Below the pieces are notes generated by a model. It was given only the letters and a program-made list of their open reading frames with translations. It searched no databases and was not told the origin of the DNA. From the NCBI GenBank assembly GCA_951406725.2, contig OX597819.1, positions 120,838,001 through 120,902,000 on the forward strand: 64,000 nt of DNA, read 5' to 3'. Positions within the stretch are counted from its first letter, which is position 1. The number at the start of each line of letters is the position of its first letter. Position numbers and translations under genes: made by a program. Shown in pieces: positions 19,334 to 32,221 of this stretch. This stretch comes from Octopus vulgaris. Taxonomy: Eukaryota.

Positions 19334-19378
<45 letters not shown>

Positions 19379-21056
19379 AATTGAGATAGGGGTTGTAAAT
19401 GCAACCCTCCATGGGATAACATATATCCAATATACTGCTAGTGAAGTACCCAAAAAAGTTAATACATAAATGTTAAGAATTGCGATGCAATTAATTCATT
19501 TACTGTATTATATGGGCAAAGGTAAAATGTTTTACCACAAATTCATAATACAAAATAAGAAAATGGAGAAATACATCGAAATCAAATATCAATTCCCAGA
19601 TAATACTCAATCACATACTTTATTAAACCACCCCATAGGAAACTATAAGGTTAAACGTAATAATGTAAGGTAAAACAGTGTACGTGAAGGAGTGTACATA
19701 AAAGAGTAATGTTATACAATAAGTAGAATACGTATAAGAGAAAATATATATAAGTAAACATAAATATATGGCCCTTGCATTTGAAAACTATGCAAATATT
19801 CTTTTAAAAAGCTTTTCTTTTAATTTTTCCAAAATTTAATTGTTTTCAATACTTACAGTTGAAAAAGTCTCAATGACTGAAACCGCTACTGAAATGTTTT
19901 TCATAAAATTATTTTAGCATTTTGTACCTTGACTGTTTTCCATATGTATATATATATGTATACACACACACACACACACACACATACACACACACACACA
20001 CATATATATATGTTTATATATATATAAAGAGAGAGAGAGAGAAATAGATGGATAGATAAATACACATATACATACATACATATATATATATATACATATA
20101 TACACATATATACACATATGTGTGTGCGTGTGTCTGTGCATATATATATATGTACATATATCTTGCACACACATACACAAACACATACACGTAACAGTAC
20201 ATTTTGTGAGACATGTGCTTTGACGTTTCTGTTTCATTATTCTCCTATTTTTCTTGATATCTTGGAATACACCCCAAGGATTACAATTCTTTTTTCGGAT
20301 CGTAGTAAATCACATCATTTCTTTCTCACAAATGTCTACCATAATTGTCTATCAGCAACTCCACAACAACGAGACCAAATCCCTGAAAGAGTCGTTCTAA
20401 TTCCCACACAGACAGTTAAATTTAGACTTCTCTTGTCCACCACGCTTCACCTTTTACTTGTCACGCAACGCATATCAGCCGGCTTTAATTTCAAAGTTTA
20501 ATTTTCCTAGAAATAACCATCAAATTGCTTCTCTGTTTCCCACGCGTTTTCTCTCTGAAAAGGAAGGTAGCTCATGTGACTTGCAATTGAAAAATCTCAT
20601 CTCCTAAATACACATCTCCGTTGAAGATACCAAATATGTTCTTTCATCTCTTCCTATTCCCCACATCTTCCTGCTCTTCCTGCTCCTGCTTCTGCCTCTG
20701 TTCCTCCTCATCTCCGTACTCCACCTCCCCTAGTATGCAGCAAAATCTAGCGAAAAAGAGAAGAATGGGAAGCTTGAGAAAGATAAATAGTTAGAGAAGA
20801 GGGAAGAAGAGAACCAGAGGGTGATAGTGAGAGGCACTGTGAGGGGGCAAGATAAAATGGGAGAAAGATTATGAGAGAATAAGGGTAAGTTAGGCATCGA
20901 GAAAGATTGTGAGAAAGAATGGAACAAGGTAAAGCAAAGGAAAGATAGTGAAGGAGGGAGGGAGCCAAGAGAGAACGAACGAATTAAAGAGTGAGCGGTA
21001 GATAGTAATAAAGGGTTGAGATATGTTAGAGTCAAAGAAAAATAGTGAATGAGAGG

Positions 21057-21095
<39 letters not shown>

Positions 21096-21671
21096 AAAGA
21101 GAGACTGTGGGACAAAATGGAAGAAAAGAAAGTCAATGTGAGAGGAATGGACCAAAAGACTGAACAGATGATAATATGCGGTCACAGAGATAGAATACAA
21201 GCTACGGGGAAAAATGCGGCTGAGTATACCAAAAAAATGGTAACTGCAAATGGTAGAGTAGGACGTCTGTGGCATCTAACAGAAAGGGCAAAAGATACAC
21301 GTCATTTTTCCTTAATTCTAATCACTTCTTGATTCGAAGCGAATGTTTCCACTCAGACTGTTAACTTCCAACATTTAATCCCTTTATTGCCAGCCACCTT
21401 ATTCTTGATTAATCCCCTAGCATTGTAATAAACGATTCGAATATATTTAAAACATTTTCTCTCCCTTAGGCCTATTTTTCTGTCCGAAACCTCTGATTAT
21501 TTACCATTACTGGCAGCAAAATTATTAATATCGCTTTGTAAGCATCTGAAACATTTGCCGAAGGCGCCTATTTTTAAAATTTTCGTTTTCTAGCGTTTAA
21601 TTTTAAGAAATACAAATTTATAAGAGTGATATTTATAAACGTGATATTGCATGATGTATGCTGTATTTTGT

Positions 21672-21948
21672 GGAGTCACATGACCTAGTGGTTAGAGCAG
21701 CGGACTCGCGGTCGGGATATCGCGGGTTCGAATCTCAGAGCGGGCGATGTGTGTGTGTGTTTATGAGCGAAAAACCTAAAGCTCCACGCGGTTCCGGCAG
21801 AAGGTAATGGCGAACTTCTGCTCACTCTTTCGCCACAACTTTCTCTCACTCGATACTCTTGCATATTGCAGCCCACCTGCGACGGACCGGAGTCCCGTCC
21901 AGTTGGGGAACCTATACGCCAAGAAAACCGGGAAACCGGCCCTTATGA
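21672..21948 (+). mobile_element. SINE family S4 with an alternative tail
   Basis: A box tgacctagtgg and B box gggttcgaatc. The tail cctgcgacggaccggagtcccgtccag...aaaccgggaaaccggccc is shared with 47135-47230. Confidence 0.85.
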
Positions 21949-22070
21949 GCAGAATATTTGCTGTAGCCCATTTTTATACCAAGACAAAATAATGTACATG
22001 ATAACACGTCCAATCAGTTATGATCAAAAGCCATTAGAGCCACTGTCTGGTACTGCATTAAGGAATTTAA
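21946..22070. mobile_element. Terminal fragment of the approximately 555-bp (TAA)n-associated element
   Basis: Matches 43309-43434 and is followed by a long (TTA/TTG)n tract. Confidence 0.75.
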
Positions 22071-22093
22071 TATTATTATTATTATTATTATTG

Positions 22094-22125
<32 letters not shown>

Positions 22126-22126
22126 G

Positions 22127-22194
<68 letters not shown>

Positions 22195-22949
22195 GCTATT
22201 ATTATTATTGTGGTTATTATTATTATTATTATTATTATTGTTATTATTATTGTTGTGATTGTTATTATTATTGTTGTGATTGTTATTATTATTATCATTA
22301 TAATTATTATTATTGTTGTTGTTGTTGTTGTTGTTGTTGTTATTATTATGATTATTATTATTATTTGAGCAAAAGCCCCCCCCCCGTCCAGTGGACGGTG
22401 CTGAGTTGTCAAACACTTAAACCAAATTTTCTGAAAACAACTTGTCTGACCGTCTCATAGGCCTCCCATTTGAGAAACACTGATTTAACCTGAATTTGAG
22501 ACAACAGCAAAAGAAGAAATAAAGTTAGTTTTTTTTTTCTATTCCAAAGAAAAACGATTTTATACAGACAAATATGCAAACGAAGAGTTTAAAGTACCAG
22601 TAATGATAAGGCTGTTGACTGGGAGAACACAAACATAGTTTAGATAGTAAGCTTGGCAGGAAAGAAACGTGCCTTTAAGCAGTACAAAAACAACAAAAAA
22701 TGGAAGGTGCAGTTATGTACAGGTTCAGGGAAGAAAACCAGGACAAAAACGACGCATGCAAATGGGTTAGCTGGAGGTAAATCTAGATGGAAAAGCATGA
22801 TGAATTTATGAGAACGTACCTGGGACAATAATAAGTTTATCCGATAAAACATGTAGGAAATTAACTTGGGGCGATTTTTGATGGAAAGCAACAACCTAGG
22901 GAACTAAGTAGCTAAATTTAAACTTACTTTTCGTGATGTTCAAGGGCAT

Positions 22950-23182
22950 AGAAAAGCTAATGGCAACAGCTGATGTACTTGCGCGTACAAATGCACGATT
23001 CCACGGCTTTATCGATCGCATTCTCACCTGGAATCGATTTTTGTAATTTTTTCAAGACTTATACACGCTCCGATACCGTCAGTATCTACATATCAAATTT
23101 GAGCGCAATAGGATGGAGGATGCCCGAGATCCTAGAAGCCACACACACAGACAGATTGACAGAAAGGATTTTATATAATAGA
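22950..23182 (+). mobile_element. Possible Helentron-associated (HINE/DINE-1-like) non-autonomous element end
   Basis: aaatttgagcgcaatagg...acacacagacag...ttttatataatagat resembles HINE 3' ends. Single copy, assigned by pattern recall only. Confidence 0.4.
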
Positions 23183-23950
23183 TTTGGCATTTGCTTTGTA
23201 TTTGTGCAAGTTGACTCCAAGTTTCATAGAGACCTCAAGAAACAACATGTTAGAAGTTCAGGTTGGTGTTATAACTAGAGTGCCGTATTTTGGGTTTTGC
23301 ATAAAGTATTGTCATAGGGAATGCCTATGAAGACATAAGAATATTAGAAATTTGTCCTAAAAGCAATTTGATTATAAGATGACAGTGTGATGTTAAGATG
23401 GCAGCTAAGGTTGTTTGCCGTTATGTGCATTTAAAAGTATTTTGACACTGTTTACAGATTAAAATGTTTTGGTGATTACATAGACAATATTTTTCTCATA
23501 TGAGCAGTTCCCATGAACACTTTTAAAAAATTATTTCCTCCATATTTCGATTTACTTGTATTTGGGATACGTAGCAATCAGCCCCTTTTTCCATCATTCC
23601 TAGGGCACCTATGACAACAAGTGTTGTTTAGTCTAGAGGTTCCACATTTAACCCTTTCTATTCCAAGATCTTTTTACTTGCCAAGATTTTGGTAGATTTT
23701 CACAGATACATATATGTAGATTACGACAGTCATATCGATGAAGAGGCATGATTTTCGTCCGTAATTTTACGTTAAATTTTATACTCCGGCATTCCGCATA
23801 TCAGGAATCTGACAGCAGGAATAACCTCAATAATGCACTGGCTGTCAGCTGCCTGTGTAAATGCATTGTCAAAAATGATGGACATAAAATCTCAAAACAA
23901 AGGAAATAAATAAGTACTTATTAACATATTAGAAATAGTAGTTAAATATA

Positions 23951-24432
<482 letters not shown>

Positions 24433-24514
24433 ATCGGAGTGAAAATTGAGTTAAAACCGTGTTTCCCAGTCGGATAATGTCTTGATCTCATTTATCTTTC
24501 GAACCGTTTGCTGT

Positions 24515-24900
24515 ATTACTTTGTTTCTGTTATTGGTCTGCGGCCATGCTGGAGCATTGCCACGAAGGAATTTAGTACCACAAATCGACTCCAGTAATTC
24601 TTTATTTAAAGTCTGGTTCTTATTTTATCTATCTCTTTCGCATAGACGCTAAGTGACTGGAGCGTAAACAAACCAACTCCGTGTTGGTGTTAGAACAAAC
24701 ATAGACTCAAGTACACACAAGCATAAATATATAAGACGATCTTCCATACAATGTCCATCTGTGCAATTCATTCTCCAGGCAGTGATCGGCTCGGGGCTAT
24801 GATAGAAAATACTAGATTAAACTGCCGGGTAGTGGGACTGAAACCAAAATCACGTGATTGCAAAACGAGTATCTTAACCACAGAGACATGCTTGCTCCTT
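24515..24900 (-). mobile_element. Old S2-related SINE
   Basis: ctgcggccatgctggagca...gtgggactgaaacc...ttaaccacag, diverged from the S2 copies. Confidence 0.6.
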
Positions 24901-25744
24901 ATACTGATTTTTTTTTTTCGTTATTTTGTGATCTACATCTAACAAAACAGTGAATTTTTGTGAGTTGTGTGTCTTTCTCAGAGAGAAGCTACCACATAAG
25001 TTTTGTGAAACGTCTTCGCCTGAGAATCGAACCACTGCAAGTAGGCTATGGGGGTCGACAGGAGCTTCTGTTTTATCCTGTTCTGCTCTACGACACTCAA
25101 CAGAGATAACAAGTTTTAATAGAATCGGAAACACAACTGATTTTCTTTTTTTTTTCTCTTCTTTTATTATTATTATTTTTTTTTTAAGAAAGGAATATAA
25201 GTAAACGTGAGGAAGATTTTATCTATCGATTAGAAAGAAGAAGAAGACAAGGAGGACGAGAAAGAAAGAAAAAAAAACACCTAAATAGTCAACTGCTTGA
25301 TCAACAAAGAAAATCTATCGATCAATGAAAGACATTGCTGAACATGTTACTGTGTGAAGAAAATTAACTGACAATTTTATCTCTGTAATTAACCATTAAT
25401 ATTCATCACAGACACGAACACATATAATCACAACGAACACAAAAATCTGAAGACACGAACGCACTTAAAAGCACATAGATATATATAGTGATACAAGCGC
25501 ACATACATACATGCATACATATATATATATCTATATGTATATGCATATATATGTATGTACAGAGAGAGAGACACGTACATATATGCGTACACTGGCGCAG
25601 GCATATTATCTTCTGGTGTTATTTCTTAATGTTAGTAAGAGGGAAAAGCATTATCCATAGTTGAATATTGCCGAACATACCAACAGAGATGAGAAATATG
25701 ATAACATATATATCTATAATATTTTAGATACATATACTTATTTG

Positions 25745-25808
<64 letters not shown>

Positions 25809-25813
25809 CATAC

Positions 25814-25876
<63 letters not shown>

Positions 25877-26068
25877 GTATGTATATGTATGCATAAACGT
25901 ATACACATCTTTATATGTATGCGTATGTGCACGTATATATTTTATGTCCGTAGTATTTATCTGTATTGCGTTTGATTATATGTTCATATATTTATATATA
26001 TATTTATGTATATACATACATATATATGTATATATATGTATACGTGTCTTTCAATATACATATTTATG

Positions 26069-26102
<34 letters not shown>

Positions 26103-27858
26103 GCATATATGTAATTCATTAATATATATGTGTACTTTAATAATATATATATATATATATATATTTGTAAATCTGCATACATATATACATGTGTGTATGT
26201 ATATTTATATATGTATTATATCACACATTTCATATCTACGCTGTGTATAAATAATATAAATGATTTACTTCAATACTTTTAAAATTTATAACATCAATAC
26301 GTTTGTATGTACATATGTATGTGTGTATGCATATATACATACATGTATATACATATAAATACATACATACATGTATATACATATAAATACATACATACAT
26401 GTATATATATACGTACTACATCGATACATATTTATGTCCATACACACACATACATACATGCGTATATACATGCATACGTGCATGCATACATACATATATA
26501 CACATATATATATATAGTTATATGTTGTAAAGTATAAGTTTTATAGTTATGTTGATGTAAATCATTATATTAGAGACGATAAATTCAGACAGATTATATA
26601 ATTAATAAGTGTAAAAAATGCGCTCATCTTTAGATGTAGTATGAAACCCTATCTACAATTGATGGGTTTACTAAACTATAATCTTCATTACTAACTTTTA
26701 CAACATTATATAAAATTTTCAAACGCGTTGAAAATATCAATTGAGCAAAATTGTGTATTCGTCCTCTGCTTAGTATAGAGAAGGCTAAGCGCAATCAAAG
26801 TACACCCGTATCATGCAAAAATTTGAAATTATATCACAGACATTATTAAGCTGAATTACTGAATTACACGAGGAAATGCTATTAGATGTTTTACACGACA
26901 ATAACCTAAGACTAGGAACAGAAACGACCCCAATGATTGGTTTTACTCTCGGTAAATTTGTGCTTATAATTTTTAAAATGATTTGCATTAAATCGTAATA
27001 GTTAATTCAAAACAGGAATTATTTTTTAGAAATGTATATGTAGGAAGTCACTGAAACACGTTTTCTCTAAAGCTAGGAAATTGAATTAAAGTCTTCTATA
27101 TATTCATATCTGTATTTTCTATTACCTTCAATCTCATTTTCCAATCCTAAGCGTTGATAACAGATTATCTCCTGTTGCTTAGAATCCATATTATACGCTT
27201 CAAGTTTTCACCTAGCTATTTTCAAGTATTTCTTATGTTAATTTTCTTGTCTAATGAATAGAAAATAGGTGTGACTTTGACCCACTGAAACGCATCAGTA
27301 TCGTAGTTTCTACCTGTTTCACCACAGTTGAGTTAAATCCTTGTCTTACCGCATTTACTTAAAAGTTAATCATCCATAATCAATATAAGATAAGCGTATG
27401 GAGAGCATACTCGCAAAACTGGGCGCGTTTCTGCCAAAAACAGCGCGTCTAAGAAATGTTCTCTTTTCTTAATAGAGAGTTGTTCAATATCTTATTCAAT
27501 CTCTTCAATTCCGGATGGAATTTGACGTGGGGTTAAGGCATTTGAAATTGGCTGTTTCGAAATATGGCAGAGGCAAATCCAAATAGTGATTGGGTTTTGA
27601 ATTACTGAATTCTGAGAGGTGGATAGAAACAGTAATTGCTAATCTAGTCGGAGTCTATATGTCATATAACTAGGTTCCTTCGCAGTTTTATCTGAACATA
27701 ATTCAACATTTATTTTTTTCCTTCGCCGGGAAGGAATAGTTCTTTTGATCATAAATAATTCATAAATAAAATCTTCCACAAGGTTGTCAGCTCCAATGTC
27801 AAATATGTATTTAAACTGCACTCTCTCTGTGTCTTTCTTCCTCTCTCTTTCTCTGTCC

Positions 27859-27887
<29 letters not shown>

Positions 27888-27892
<5 letters not shown>

Positions 27893-28470
27893 AAACATGA
27901 ACAAGCAAGAAAAAACAACGCGAGGACGTGGAACAAGTACAGTGTTATTGGATGCCCAGGAAAGGAAAAAAAAGAAAAAGGATTTCACGTTTCTAGTGGA
28001 GCTCTTCGTCAGAAATATGGAAAAAGTCCAAAGAAGGGAAGACGGAGAAAGAAAATCGCCAACGATACACACGAGGTCACATATTATATAGTGAGAATTT
28101 ACAAAACAAAAAACAAAAACAAAAGACAGAGACGGGTGTGTAAACAACAAATAGATGTATTAGTTTAACGCTCAGGAAGTGAGAAAGTCTTTTACGTTTC
28201 GAGCCCACGCTCTTCTGCAGAAAGGAACGCAAAAATAAATAGGGAGAGAAAATACATATATAATGTATATGTATATGTATACATATAGTTCAAATTTACA
28301 GAAAACAAGTGTAGGAGCAAGTAGCAGGTATATTAGCTTACGGGTCGGGTAAAATGGAAAAGTCGTCTTCGTTTCGAGGCTACACTCTTCGATAGAAAGG
28401 ATTAAGAGGAAACAAGCAGAGGGAGAAGGATAAAAAAATAGAGAGAAGAAATGTGTAGAGATTAACGGTC
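27888..28470 (-). mobile_element. Cluster of three related hammerhead-bearing short elements
   Basis: Motifs at 27982-28016 (ATTT CTGACGA..GAAAC GTG AAAT), 28189-28224 (CTTT CTGCAGA A GAGC GTGG GCTC GAAAC GTA AAAG) and a degenerate one at about 28365-28400. TA-rich spacers separate them. Confidence 0.7.
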
Positions 28471-28526
28471 CAACAGGATAATGATGATGATGATGACGAC
28501 GACGACGGCGATATATATATATATAA

Positions 28527-28597
<71 letters not shown>

Positions 28598-28598
<1 letters not shown>

Positions 28599-28856
28599 TT
28601 TATTTAAAGCAGCAGAAAATTCAACAAAACCTGTTACTCTGATTTTTCCGTTGCCGTTCATCGGACAGTTTTTGCTAGAATGGAACCGACATATCGGTTC
28701 CATTCTAGCAAAAACTGTCCGATGAACGGCAACGGGAAACTCAGAGTAACAGGTTTTGTTGAATTTCCTGCTGCTTTAAATAAAGCATATTACTCTGCCC
28801 CTGGTATTTGAGTACTCTTTTTTCCACCTTGTTTCACATTTATGTGTTTACTCCGG

Positions 28857-28860
<4 letters not shown>
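28598..28860. mobile_element. PLE-terminus-like element with a 188-bp near-perfect palindrome
   Basis: 28598-28785 has 92-bp arms, a 4-nt loop (cata) and 3 mismatches. The plus arm contains CCGATGA acg gcaa cgg GAAAC TC. Flanked by (TA)n. Confidence 0.8.
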
Positions 28861-28898
<38 letters not shown>

Positions 28899-28901
<3 letters not shown>

Positions 28902-30434
28902 CAACAATTGAGGGTAAAATTAATTAATTAATCAATTTCACCAAGTGTTCAGTATGTAAAAGGACCATTTAAGGCGAATTCAAAATTTTACATTATATAA
29001 TTAGGGCTTAGTAAAATAAATTACTTTGCCACATACTGAACTTAGTAGAAATAGCAGCCAAAAAAAAATTTTCTTAGCATTTCTACAACTTAAAGAAAAT
29101 TTCTCTCAGATAATGTTTACTCTAGACAGCCCACGAAGGTTTGGAGGTAAATACAGAAAAATATCACAAGTACATAGTTCGTTTGAGTACGTCAACGTTT
29201 CAAGATTAGCCAAATAAAATCAGCATTTCTATCGTCAGCTCAAAATTTCTTAATTTGGATTTGGAAACACTAAAAAGAAGGAACTTTACCTATCAGCGAA
29301 CTTATCGCTTCAGATGAACCACTCCGACTAACAGTGTCAACAAATTCAAAATGCGCAGGCGTAAATTTCATCAATCCGCTTCCACCCGCGTGGTCTATCT
29401 AGCAAACATTATATTTTAACCGCGAGAACCGAGGCAGTATGACCGAGAGAAATGAATTATAATATCAATAATTGAGGGTAAAATTAATTAATTAATCAAT
29501 TTCACCAAGTGTTCAGTATGTAAAAGGACCATTTAAGGCGAATTCAAAATTTTACATTATATAATTAGGGCTTAGTAAAATAAATTACTTTGCCACATAC
29601 TGAACTTAGTAGAAATAGCAGCCAAAAAAAAATTTTCTTAGCATTTCTACAACTTAAAGAAAATTTCTCTCAGATAATGTTTACTCTAGACAGCCCACGA
29701 AGGTTTGGAGGTAAATACAGAAAAATATCACAAGTACATAGATCGTTTGAGTACGTCAACGTTTCAAGATTAGCCAAATAAAATCAGCATTTCTATCGTC
29801 AGCTCAAAATTTCTTAATTTGGATTTGGAAACACTAAAAAGAAGGAACTTTACCTATCAGCGAAGTTATCGTTTCAGATGAACCACTCCGACTAACAGTG
29901 TCAACAAATTCAAAATGCGCAGGCATAAATTTCTTCAATCCGCTTCCACTGCCTCGGTTCTCGCGGTTAAAATATAATGTTTGCTAGATAGACCACTGCC
30001 TCGGTTCTCGCGGTTAAAATATAATGTTTGCTAGATAGACCACGTGGGTGGAAGCGGATTGAAGAAATTTACGCCTGCGCATTTTGAATTTGTTGACACT
30101 GTTAGTCGGAGTGGTTCATCTGAAGCGATAAGTTCGCTGATAGGTAAAGTTCCTTCTTTTTAGTGTTTCCAAATCCAAATTAAGAAATTTTGAGCTGACG
30201 ATAGAAATGCTGATTTTATTTGGCTAATCTTGAAACGTTGACGTACTCAAACGATCTATGTACTTGTGATATTTTTCTGTATTTACCTCCAAACCTTCGT
30301 GGGCTGTCTAGAGTAAACATTATCTGAGAGGAATTTTCTTTAAGTTGTAGAAATGCTAAGAAAATGTTTTTTTTGGCTGCTATTTCTACTAAGTTCAGTA
30401 TGTGGCAAAGTAATTTATTTTACTAAGCCCTAAT

Positions 30435-30439
<5 letters not shown>
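28899..30439. repeat. 564-bp unit in tandem plus an inverted copy, embedded in (TA)n
   Basis: 28899-29462 is repeated at 29463-29949 (ORFs 29026 and 29590 are near-identical). An inverted copy follows at 29949-30439, with a 47-bp tandem duplication at the switch point. Confidence 0.9.
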
Positions 30440-30479
<40 letters not shown>

Positions 30480-30667
30480 GTCAATCCAAACATGAACAAG
30501 CAAGAAAAAGGAACAACGCGAGGACGCGGTGCAAGTACAGTATTATTGGACGCTCAGGAAAGGAAAGAAAAGAAAGAGGATTTCACGTTTCGATCGGAGC
30601 TCTTCATCAGAAATATAGAAAAAGTTCAAGAACGGGAGAGAAAGGAAATCGCCAACCATACACACGT
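30480..30667 (-). mobile_element. Hammerhead-bearing element family A
   Basis: Minus strand 30580-30614 reads ATTT CTGATGA A GAGC TCC GATC GAAAC GTG AAAT. Homologous to 3590 and 27888. Confidence 0.75.
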
Positions 30668-30789
30668 TGTCTGTATATATGTCTGTACGCATGCGCAGAC
30701 ACACACACACACACGCAGACATATATATACATCCACATATATGTATGTCATAAAATGATTGAATTTCATAATGCTATTAACCCTATAGA

Positions 30790-30938
<149 letters not shown>

Positions 30939-31498
30939 TTGGAAAGAAGGGATAGAATCGACGAGACTAATTTCATTTTTACTCATTTTATCGATCCTGA
31001 AATGAAATCTGGAATCCATTAACACCACGTAAAATTTGAACACCGAGCAGAAAGTGGCCTGGCCCAAAAATCCTTTTAAGCCTCTTCTCACTGACCGCTT
31101 ATTAATCATTGAACAATTTAAATGGTTATTGCTTCACTGTTTCACGGTTCATGTGGCTATCAGTGAGGTAACATGTGGCGTAATTTACATCTAATTTGTG
31201 GAAAGACTATTGCTTGTGAAAGAACATTTGTCACATTGGAAAATATCTTGCCACCGCAGGAAAACAACATTGTCATGTGAAATATCATAACATTTGTCAT
31301 TTTTAACTTGAGATCCAACAGAGCACAGAGAAATTTATTTTTTCCAAGCTCTTTCCTTAATGGTATTAATATTCAGGATGACCAAAGGAAGAGAGTTTGT
31401 TTGATAAATGTAATGTATTTGGTTAAGAATATGAAAAAAAAATGATGGTAGAGAAGTTTACATAAGCCGTTGCTTTCACGGTATCTGTAGCCATATCT

Positions 31499-32221
31499 AA
31501 GGTGGCGAGCTGGCAGAAACGTTAGCACGCCGGGCGAAATGCGTAGCCGTATTTCGTCTGTCGTTACGTTCTGAGTTCAAATTCCGCCGAGGTCGACTTT
31601 ACCTTTCATCCTTTCGGGGTCGATTAAATAAGTACCAGTTACGCACTGGAGTCGATATAATCGACTTAATCCGTTTGTCTGTCCTTGTTTGTCCCTTGTG
31701 GGTAGTAAAGAAATAGGTATCTGTAGCCATATTTATGGGGGCGAGCTGGCAGAAACGTTAGCACGCCGGGTGAAATGCGTAGCAGTATTCCATCTGCCGC
31801 TACGTTCTGAGTTCAAATCCCGCCGAGGTCGGCTTTGCCTTTCATCCTTTCGGGGTCGATTAAATAAGTACCAGTTACGCACTGGAGTCGATATAATCGA
31901 CTTATTTCGTTTGTCTGTCCTTGTTTGTCCTCTCTGTGTTTAGCCCCTTGTGGATAGTAAAGAAATAGGTATCTGTAGCCATATTTAAGGCGGCTAGCTG
32001 GCAGAAACGTTAGCACGCCGGGCGAAATGCGTATCCGTACTTCGTCTGTCGCTACGTTCTGAGTTCAAATTCCGCCGAGGTCGACTTTGCCTTTCATCCT
32101 TACGGGATCGATACATTAAGTACCAGTTACGCACTGGGGTCGATGTAATCGACTTAATCCGTTTGTCTGTCCTTGTTTGTCCTCTCTGTATTTAGCCCCT
32201 TGTGGGTAGTAAAGAAATAGG
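31499..32221 (+). mobile_element. Three tandem SINE S1 copies (tail type 1)
   Basis: Copies start at about 31499, 31736 and 31987, each bounded by ggtatctgtagccayat. Confidence 0.9.

Larger units (their letters stand above)
16226..19343 (-). mobile_element. 5'-truncated Penelope-like element with an inverted pseudo-LTR
   Basis: 16226-16860 and 18860-19343 are inverted copies enclosing an RT/GIY-YIG remnant. Each arm contains a hammerhead motif. Confidence 0.85.

Noticed and set aside
22468-22482. tttgagaaacactg, like a hAT/Charlie MITE terminus
   Set aside because: No matching opposite TIR or 8-bp TSD was found.
27100-27821. Complex minus-strand sequence with a 60-aa ORF, possibly an exon or decayed element
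   Set aside because: No recognisable motif, multiple stops and no clear splice signals. It needs a translated search.
30209-30242. Possible hammerhead in the 564-bp unit (ctgatttt...gaaacgtt)
   Set aside because: The core lacks the GA, and no convincing helix I or II can be drawn.
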